A DNA stretch of 64,000 bases, taken from contig NW_021832866.1 in NCBI RefSeq assembly GCF_006345805.1, positions 1 to 64,000 on the forward strand, read 5' to 3'. Positions 39,172 to 50,637 of the stretch are shown here, one piece after another (position 1 is the first letter of the stretch; the number at the start of each line of letters is the position of its first letter). The DNA comes from Octopus sinensis. Its lineage: Eukaryota. The notes below the pieces were generated by a model that was not told the origin of the DNA, made no database searches, and saw only the letters and a list, made by a program, of their open reading frames with translations. The position numbers and the translations under genes were made by a program.

Positions 39172-42100
39172 TTATAATTAAGGGTGTCTAAGAGATACCA
39201 CCACGCTGAAAATAGCAGTAGAAACTCTACTCTAAAACCACATTAAATGTTCAATATAGCACCAGGAGAGAAGACAAGGAGACAAAATAATCGAGCAAAA
39301 AAAATTACTGGATAATTTTGCTAGTTTAATGTTTTACTAATAATAATGAAATTATTGTATACAGTGCTCAGGTGCACCACAACTTGTCAAAAAGTGCGTA
39401 TAAAGCATATGAAGTAATGTATAAATGTCTGGGAAGTGAAGAGTGTATGAGTCAGATACATCCTTGCGTGTGTATGGAGGGGAGAAAATAAGGGGTAATG
39501 TTGGCGAATCTCAGGAAGCATGGAAGTTTTGAAGGATGTAGTGCTCCGACAACTAACAACTGATGCCGGCAGTTTGTTCCATGCTTCAGCAACTCTTAGC
39601 GTGAAAAAATGGTTCCAAAAGTCATGGGAGCTGTGCTGTTTTCTGACTTTGTAAACATGTCCACGAGTGTTAGACAGATGGAGTTTGAAAAGGTGCTCAG
39701 AGTTATTGTTTGTAAGATGGTTAATAATTTTATGGGTGTCTGCCAAGTCAGCTGCCAGACGTCGGAGTTTCAAAGTATCCATGCCCAGGGAAGTAAGGTG
39801 TTCAGAATATGGCAAATGCTACTAAACACTATGGCATCCTCTCGTTAAAACTGTATTACTATGTCTGTCTAATACTAATATTGTTGAATAATGTTTTGTT
39901 TTGTTTTTTTCTCTTTCACTAGATTTACTTGAAAAGGTATGTAGTTTTCCATTTTGTTTCTGTTGATTTTCACATTATCAAATTCAATTTTTGTTTGTTT
40001 TTACAATTTTCCAAAATTCAGAAATTAAATTTCTCTCAAATTTGCATTTCTTTTTCAATTTAATTCCATTGCAAATTTTCAAATATAGGAAACATCCATA
40101 TATTAGAATTCTTGACACAGATAATTATCTTCAACTTGCTTATATTTAAATGAATTTTTAATTTTATTTCATTTCTGCTAATATTTGTTGTACTTTCTTC
40201 AAATGTTCAATCCTTCTCATGGTGTTCCATGGAATAAATGCATAATAACATAGTCACATGTTTAGGTATTCATGTAGGAAGATGATAATATGTGATAAAA
40301 TGCAGAGCAACAGTCATATATTTGTGACCCCAGAAATTTACCCTCCGAGGCACAAGTCTGGGCAAGGTTGTTTATGGAAGACCAGCAGTCGCCCATGCAT
40401 ACCAGCCTCCCCTCACCATGCCACCGATGTTATCCAAGGGGAAGGCAACGGCCGATACAGCTTGGCACCACTGTCATCGCAGCTCATTTATTAACGTGCA
40501 AGTGGCTGAGCACTTCACAGACACATGTACTCTTAATGTAGTCCTCGGGAAGATTGTGTGACACAGAGTGTAACAAGGCTGGCCCTTTGAAATACAAGTA
40601 CAACAGAAACAGAAAGAAAGAGTGAGAGAAAGTTATGGTGAAAGAGTACAGCAGGGATCGCCACCACCCCCTGCTGGAGCCTCATGGAGCTTTAGGTGTT
40701 TTCGTTCAATAAACACTCACAATGTCCGGTCTGGGAATTGAAACTGCGATCTTACGACTGCGAGGTCGCTGCCCTAACCACTGGGCCATTGCGCCTCCAG
40801 AACAGTCACATATAGACAATCATAATCCATACTTGGTGGTAGATTTAATCTCAGCTCTTGGATATCTTTTAGCACAGTAGTCCTCAACCCTTTTTTGTAC
40901 CTCAGGCTAGTTTCATGCTGGACAGTCTTTGTCTTGGAAGCGGTAATCAGACATGTAACAACCAGAACAAAGTGCATAATATATAATTTGATTATTACAA
41001 CAAGCTGGCCTCCAAGCCGATGGCCCGTTAAACACACCATTCCGAGTGTGATCATTACCTGTGTTGCCTACTAGCACTTGTGCTGGTGGCACATGAAACA
41101 TTCGAGTGAGGTCATTGCCAGTGCCGCTGGACTGGCTACTGTGCTGGTTGCACATAAAAAGCACCATTTGAGCATGGCTATTGCCAGTACCACCTGACTG
41201 GCTCTCGTGCCGGTGGCACGTAAAAGCACCCACTACACTCTTGGAGTGATTGGCGTTAGGAAGGGCATCCAGCTGTAGAAACACTGCCAGGTCAGATTGG
41301 AGTCTGGTGCAGCCATCTGGTTTGCCAGCCCTCAGTCAAATCGTCCAACCCATGCTAGCACGGAAAGCGGACGTTAAACGATGATGATGATGATGATGAT
41401 CAATAGGAAACTGAACCTTTCAGACTGAGATACTTGGCACTCGTCATACTCAAGAAGACCCATACCCCGCAGCAGAAGTATTAAAACATCCTTCTGGTAG
41501 TGTAATGCACTCATGATGGTACCATGTAAAAGCCTGTGCGGTGCCACATACAAGTGCCCATGTGGCATCATGTAAAAGCACCCACGTAGCATCACATGAA
41601 AGTGCTTGTGCGAGGCCATGTAAAAGTGACCATGCAGTGCCATGTATAAGCACCTGTGCAGTACTACATGAAAGCACCTGTCCAGCACCCATGTGGTGCC
41701 ATGTAAAAGCACACTCTGTAAAGTGGTTGGAATTAGGAAAGGTCTGCCGCTGTAGAGACCATGCCAAATCAGACTGGGGTCTGGTGCAGCCCCACCCCCA
41801 CCCAGTGTGCCAGCTGCAGTCACACCATCCAACCCATACCCGGAATGGACAATAGATATTAAATGATGATGAATGTTAATCGTCACCATCATCATCACCA
41901 TCATTTCAAGTTTGTTTTCCATGCTGTCATGGGTTGGACAGTTTGGCAGGAGCTGGTGAGGCTTGGGATTACACCAGGGTCCACTGTCTGCTCTGGCATT
42001 GGATTAAAATAGAAAATGGGAAACAAAACACTTGGCGTCACTTGAAAAACATTTTAGATGAAGAATATATCTGTTTATAATCTCCATCGAAATTAAATGT

Positions 42101-42176
42101 TTTTTGAGTGATGTCAAATGTTTTGCTTTACCACTTTCTATTTTAATCTGTCTCTCTCTCTTTCTCTCTCTCTCTC

Positions 42177-42217
<41 letters not shown>

Positions 42218-42285
42218 TATTTTTATGAATGAATATGTATATATATGTATATGTATATATGTGTATATGTATATATGTGTGTATG

Positions 42286-42359
<74 letters not shown>

Positions 42360-43634
42360 AAACAAACCCAGAGGCTTGATAAGTTATGGAGAAAGTATGA
42401 CTATGAAAGTCTTTTTTATACAATAATATTGTATAAAAAATGACTTCCGTAGTTTCTTTCTCTGTAACTTATCAAGCCTCCAGGTTTGTTTACAAATTTT
42501 ATATATAGTACTAGACAGTTAAGTATCTATACATAAGATTTGACTGAAATTTATGGGTGAGTGTCTGGCTTAATTAGCTGCACAAGGAGCCGTGTTAGCG
42601 TTGATATGTAGGTTTGATTCTAGCCTGAGTTAGCTCATTGTTTTTCAGTCAGTTGTTTAAATAATTGTCACTTTAGTTGCAGTATATATATTATTATTAT
42701 GATATATTATTATATAGTTATTATTCTACATAAAAGGGCACCATTCAAGTGTGATCGCTACCAGTGTTGCCTTACTGGCACTTGTGCCTGTGCTAGTAGG
42801 GTGCCAAGAGTACCATCCGAGCATGATCGTTGCCAGAGCAGCCAACTGGCTCCGTACCGGTGGCACGTAAAACGGCACCATTTGAGCATGATCATTACCA
42901 GCGTCACCTTACTGGCACCCATGCCGGTGGCATGTGTAAAAAGATTCGAGCGAGGTCATTGCCAGTACTGCCTGACTGGTCCCCATGCCAGTGGCACGTA
43001 AAAAGCACCCACTACACTCCAAGAGTGGTTGGCATTAGGAAGGGCATCCAGTTGTAGAAACTCTGCCAGTTCAAGATTGGGGCCTGATGCAGCCATCTGG
43101 TTCGCCAGACCTCAGTCAAAATCGTCCAACCCATGCTAGCATGGAAAGTGGACGTTAAACGATGATGATGATGATGATGACTATCATCTCTTGATCTACC
43201 CCAAGCTATGGTTTTTGTCTACTACACATTTCCGTATCAACCATCTACTACCATTTATTTCCAACCATACACCACACCATATCTATATGATACCAGATCT
43301 AGTTATCAGATGCCAAATCTGTACAGACACCATCAACAGACATCACCGAAAGGTCCTCCAACAAAGTCAGGTTTAAATTATCTCTGCAAACATAATGAGT
43401 TTTTTGTGCTCCTGCCCATGCAAGCAATTATAATCTGCTTTCTCTCTCTCTTTCTTCTAGTCACGAGTGGCAGCCCAAAGTCAAGGAGAAAGAAACTTTC
43501 ATATTTTCTACCAGTTGCTTAGTGCTGATGATACTAGTTTTTTAAGTAAGTCTCTTCTCTTTTTAGCCTTCCATCTGTCTATCTGTTCATCCATCCAACC
43601 ATCCAGCTGTCCAGATACATTTCTATACATACAT

Positions 43635-43694
<60 letters not shown>

Positions 43695-43767
43695 TATATA
43701 TATGCATGCTTATCTATATATACATGCATGTCTGTCTGTTTATCTATCTACGCTCTCTCTCTCTCCC

Positions 43768-43809
<42 letters not shown>

Positions 43810-46800
43810 TTTATGAATAAAGCTGCAAAGACATCACAAAAACTGTTACTCAAAGTTTCACGTTGCTGTTCGTCGGACAGTTTTGGTTTTTCTCAACCAA
43901 AACTATTCAATGAACAACAGAGTGATACTCTGAGTAAATGTTTTTGTGATGTCTTTGCAACTTTATTCATAAAGCAAATTACTCTACCTCCAGTATTCGA
44001 GTACTATTTTCCCACCTTGGTTCACATTCATGTGCTTACTCTGGTATATATATATATATATATAATTAGAAAAACCACTATTGCCACTATTATGCAATTC
44101 AAATAATGATAGGCATAATCCAAATCATAAATAAAAAATAAAATATATTTTAAAACATATAACTAGATCACAAGAAGTACAAAAATGAACAAACAATATA
44201 TAATAAGTAAAAATACTACGTACGTTTCATGGCTATAATTTTAAATTGCATAATAGTGGTTTTTCTCTAATTTGTATATATTTATATATATCATATATTT
44301 ATATTGTGAAATTTGATTTAATACTAAATTGAATTTTTCCCTGTAAGTTTGGAGTTATACTCCCTAATATTATATATATATATGCAAGCATACAAACATA
44401 TACATGTTTGTGTATGTATTTTAGTTTAATCAATTGTAGTAAATTTATAAATATTACCTGCCCAACTACTACTACCACTATTCTTCATTGTATTATTTTG
44501 ATTTCTTTTTCTCCAAATTTAGAATCTTTAAAAATTTCTAGAAATGCTGAGAATTACAATTTTCTGAAGACCAGTGGCTGTGTCCGGGTTGGAACCATCG
44601 ATGATAAGGAGAACTTCTATGCTGTCAAGGTAGGTGCTGTAGCATGGTCCATCTTTTCTAAGAGCATGTGCTTCTTTATCATTGCTGAATGCATTGTCGC
44701 TATTAATCGACCTGTGAAGGTGACAAGCTGGCAGAATCGTTAACATACCAGATTGGATGCTTAGCAGTATTTCATCTATTGTCACATTCTGAGTTCAAAT
44801 TCTGCTGAGGTTGACTTTACTTTTCATCCTTTTGGGGTTGATAAAATAAAAACCAGTTGAGCACTGGGGTTGATTTAATCAAGTTACACCCTGCCCTGAA
44901 ATTGCTGGTCTTATGCCAAAATTCGAAACCATTATTAATCAACTTGTGTTATCTCTCTCTTTTTTTCTTTAGCTCTCTTGCTCTCCACTCCTTAATTTTC
45001 AACATTACACCTGTAGTCTGTATATCTATTATCCATAGACACAGGCATTCCTTCTTTCTACCTGTAATTACACCTGTAGTCTGTATGTCTATTATCCATA
45101 GACACAGGCATTCCTTCTTTCTACCTGTAATTACACCCCACCCATGTAATCTTTCTAAATCTTATTTCTAAACATTTCAGAATGGAATGGAAGTAATTGG
45201 TTTCCAAATCCAGGAAATCTTTGCCGTGTTTCAATTAGTTTCCAGTGTTTTAAAGTTGGGAAATTTAGAGTTTCACCATCGAAGTAACGTAGATGGCACC
45301 AATGGTTGTGTCTTAGTGAATGAGTATGGTAAGTACTGCCCTTCATTCGAGATTATTACACCAAAACCTCACACTCATAAGCATCACTCACACTCATAAT
45401 CATCACTCACACTCACATCATGTTTGGGCTGCTTTTATTTTCTGCTTGGGACAACATGTTTAATGTTCTGTTGGTGGTGCAATAAACCACACTCAGCCCA
45501 CACTCTAGGTTAAACAGAAAGACAAAGCTGGTTGGGTTTGCTCTGTTTTTCTATTATGGATCTGGTACAAAAGTGAGAGATTTGGTACAGTTGTGAGACA
45601 GATATGGTACAGATACAAAATAGATCAAACACAGATGAGATACATCTGGTACAGATGTGACTGGTCTGGTATGTATGTGTGACAGATCTGGTACAGATAT
45701 GAGAGATTTGGTACAGTTGTGAGACAGATATGGTACAGGTACAAAATAGATCAAACACAGATGAGATACATCTGGTACAGATGTGACTGGTCTGGTATGT
45801 ATGTGTGACAGATCTGGTACAGATATGAGAGAAATCTAATGCAGATGTAAGACAAATCTGGTGCAGATGTGGGACAGATGTAAGACAAATATTCATTTGA
45901 TAAATAGTTTCTGTTGTGGATAAGATTCCAAAATGATGTGTCACAAAGTTGTCTGGTGAGCATCCATAAATTCACATAAAATGATGATGATGATGATGAT
46001 CAATGAATGGCTTTTATATCATTATCATTTAATGTCTATTTTCCATGCTGGCATGGGTTGGACAGATTGACAGGGCGGCGAGCTGGCAGAATCGTTAGCA
46101 GGCCGGGCGAAATGCTTAGCGGTATTTCACCTGTTGCAACGTTGTGAGTTCAAATTCCGCCGAGGTCAACTTTGCCTTTCATCCTTTCGGGGACGATAAA
46201 TTAAGTACCAGTTACGCACTGGGGTCAATGTAATCAACTTAATACCTATGTCTGTCCTTGTTTGTCCCCTCTATGTTTAGCCCCTTGTGGGTAATAAAGA
46301 AATAGATTGACAGGATTTATTGAGCAGCAGGGCTGCACCAAATTCCTTTTAGCTTTGGCATTGTTTAACAAAGCTGGCCTTTTGAAATACAGGCACAACT
46401 CATTTTTATCAGCTGAGTGGACTGGGGCAACATGAAATAAAGTCCCAAGGTCACAACACACTGTCCGGTATTGAACTCATGACCTTAAGATCATTAGCCA
46501 AATATCCTAACCACTTGGTCACATGCTTTCACACCTCAATGTAAACTCAGTAGGTCTGACCGGCTATTATATACCCCTATGCAAAGACCATAGAATTGAT
46601 GCAATCTTATATATACCCCTACAGAAAATCTTCTCCATTTGCTTTCCCCCTAAGTCGTTTATAAATAATAAATAAAATAAATGCGCCCTTTTTAAAGCCT
46701 AGGCAGGCTCATGGGCCCGGTTTCCCGGTTTCAATGGTGTATATGTTCCCCAGCTGGACGGGATGCCAGTCCATTGCAGTGTTACTCATTTTTGCCAGCT

Positions 46801-49355
46801 GAGTGGACTGGAGCAACGTGAAATGAAGTGTTTTGCTCAAGAACACAATGCACCACCCAGTCCAGGAATCGAAACCACAATCTTTCAATCATGATGCTGA
46901 CACTCTAACCACTAAGCCAAGCGCCTCCAAAGTGCCACTATATTACCTTGCCACATCCCCAATTTTGTCATTATCTTACAATTTGTGTACCTCCATATCT
47001 GAGATGCCCCAGGGTGGTAGCCTTTACCTACTCCTGTTCTGTAATGTTCTAATGAGTTGTGTGTCACTTGCAGAGGCCCAGGAGATTGCCGAGTTGTTAG
47101 GTTGCTCCTATGAAGAGTTGAAGACTGCCTTAACCCAACGCACTGTCGAGGCCCGTGGAGAGAAGTTAAAAACTGACTTAAGTACAGCTGATGTAAGTAT
47201 TTCTTGAATATTACAACCACCTGCACATCAACCACAACCACCACTACCTCCTATACTATAACTACTACTATTACTTATGACACCACTAACACTTACATTA
47301 CTACTACTACTGCTGATCCTTCAACTACAACATTACCACTGTTATTATCACCACCACCTACACTATCCCTACCACCCCATCACTAACTCTGCCACCACCA
47401 CTTATATTTCCACTAATTACCTACCATTTATATGGTAGGTAATAGTATACCATTATACTATTACCAACACCACTGCTATCATCAACATTACTACTCCTGC
47501 GCTATTACTGCAATCATCGTTTCTTAGACCATTATTGCTACTCTGCCCATCACTATAATTACAACCTCATACAACTGTTACTACTACTACTACTACTACA
47601 ACTAGCACCGTTACTACTACATATACCACTACTACAGTGACACCATCATCACTGTTTATGAACACAACCACCAATTTACACCTCCCGCTACTACCATGAC
47701 CACATTCACCATCACAACTATTATCTTCATCAGCATCATCATCACTACTACTATATTCAACCGACTCCTACCACACTCACCATCACCACCATAATCATCA
47801 CTATAATCACCATCACTGCCATTACAACCATTGCCGTCACCACCATCCTCACAGTCATCCACCACCACCACCACCACTAACCCATGTTACCTTTGTCTCT
47901 TCCCTTACAGTCCGCCTATGCCAGAGATGCTTTATCAAAAGCCATTTATAGTCGAATGTTTTCATGGTTGGTGCAGAGAATCAACGATGGTATAAGGGTA
48001 AGTTGTCTTTGAGAATTTCAATGTTGTTATTTTCCATCTCACCATTTTGGGAATAATTCCACAAATGGTGAGATTGTCTCCATGTGGGAATGAAAGATAG
48101 ATTTTGAAGAAATCGGTGATGGACAGCACGAGTAATGATGAGAATAAACTTCAAGAGCCTAGTACAGGTGGCAGTCTCGTACAGATCTATAAGACAGATC
48201 TGGTTCAAATGAAAGACAGATCTAGTGCAGATGTGAGACAGATCTAGTGCAGATGTGAGACAGATATAGTGTAGATGTGAGATATTTGGTACAGTTGTGA
48301 GACAGATATGGTACAGATACAAAATAGATCAAACACAGATGTGACTGGTCTGGAATGTATGTGTGACAGATCTGGTACAGATATGAGAGAAATCTAATGC
48401 AGATGTAAGATAAATCTGGTGCAGATGTGGGGACAGATGTAAGACAAAAGGCTTTAAAAAAGATATGTGAGCACTGGAGTTGATTTGTTTGATGAAAAAT
48501 TCTTCAAGGTGTTGCCCCAGCATGGCCATAGTCTAATGATTGAAACAATAAATGACAAAAGACAGCAGTCAACACCCGGATACATTAGCATATGAACAAG
48601 TATCACATGACCCAGAGAGGTAATTCTAATGCAGTCTGTGTCCAAATTAAATCTGCCCCACAAAGGATCCTCCATATACAAACACACACACTGATGGAGA
48701 GATATAGGCGTAGGAGTGGCTGTGTGGTAAGTAGCTTGCTTACGAACCACATGGTTCCGGGTTCAGTCCCACTGCGTGGCACCTTGGGCAAGTGTCTCCT
48801 ACAATAGTCTTGAGCTGGCCAAAGCATGGTGAGTGGATTTGGTAGACGGAAACTGAAAGAAGTCTATCATATATGTCAGTGTGTGTCTTTATGTTTCTGT
48901 TTTTTTTTTCCCCACGACCACTTGACAACGAGTGTTGGTTTGTTTACATTCCTATAAGTTGGTGGTTCAACATAAGAGACCGATAGAATAAGCACCAGGT
49001 TTTTATTTTAAAAAATAAGTACTGGGGTCAACTTGTTTGACTAAAATCCTTCGAGGCAGTGCCCCAGCTTGGCCATAGTGCAATGTCTAAAACGAATAAA
49101 AATAACAAATTCCTCCTGATGCAGGCGAGCATAGACATGTGGACATTAAAACACTGATGGTGATTATATATATTTATATATATTTATACTTATAAAATTC
49201 AAATTTACAGAAAACAAAAGATAAAGCCGGATGAGGGAATAACAAGTAGGTGTATTAGTTTTGATGCTTAGGTAGAATGGGAAAGTCTTTGACATTTTGA
49301 GCCTATGCTCTTTGACAGAAAGGGATGAGAGGAAACAAAGTAGAGAGAGAATGAA

Positions 49356-49393
<38 letters not shown>

Positions 49394-49499
49394 AAAGATA
49401 TGTAAGGATTAACAGTTTAACACACACACACACACGTCCAATAACACTATACTTGTTCCACATCCTTGCATTGTTGTATTTGTTCATGTTTGGATTAAC

Positions 49500-49532
<33 letters not shown>

Positions 49533-50353
49533 GGGGAGAGTTTACGAAAAAAACAAAAGACGAAGACAGGTGGTGTACAAAACAAACAGATGTATTAGTA
49601 TAACACTCAGGAATAGAAAAAGTCTTTTACATTTTGAGCCTACGCTCTTCTACATAAAAGGAGACAGAATAAACAAGGAGAGAAAAAAAGTGTGTGTAGT
49701 GGCTAACGATCTATCATGGCGACTATATGTAATCATCATTTAATGTGTGTGTGTCTTTTTTTCCTCTCCTTGTTTTTTCTTTGTTCCTTTCTGTAGAAGA
49801 GCATAGGCTCGAAACATAAAAGACTTTTTCTATTCCTTAGCATTATACTAATACATCTCTTTGTTTTGTACACCACCTGTCTTCGTCTTTTGTTTTTTTT
49901 TCGTAAACTCTCCCTATATATATATATGTACTCATACACATACACATATAGACACAGGCATACTCATAAAGATACACACAGATGCAGTGGTGATACTGGT
50001 TGTATCACAAATCTGTCATGTTTTAAGAACACAGGGTAAAAAACTAAAAAATAATTGATTATTAGAAAGATACACAAGTTTTTGAATTTAGGCATTTTTC
50101 TTAATCAAAAATATGAGCAAATGTTAGATAGAATTCTGGATAATATGAAATATTTCTATAGAAGTCTCTCTCTATCTCTCTCACCACACACACACACACA
50201 CACACACACACAAATATTGTGTGTACATATATATATATATCTGTATATGAAGGTATATATGACCTTTACTTGAACTTATGAAAAAATTCCTCTGAGAATC
50301 CATCAGGTTATCTAACCAAAAAAAGTTCTCTTTCATTCTTTCTTTGTGTGTGT

Positions 50354-50392
<39 letters not shown>

Positions 50393-50594
50393 AGTATCTT
50401 TTATTCTTTAGAGTTTGAATGATTTCTATAGAAAGCGAAATAGTTGAACTGTGAAGAATTTGTCTGTGTGCAAGTTAAGGAATCGGTGAACTCTGCTGTG
50501 TAATGCTTTCACACTTCACTACATTCTTCATAGAGTATCAGAGCTAGTATATTACTGAACTTTCTTCTGAAGATTGCAGATAAGCAAGTATTCA

Positions 50595-50637
<43 letters not shown>

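Noticed and set aside
39387-39815. 142-aa ORF as a nested protein-coding gene
   Set aside because: It is the C-terminus of a CR1-type LINE ORF2; a shorter copy exists at 28452-28707.
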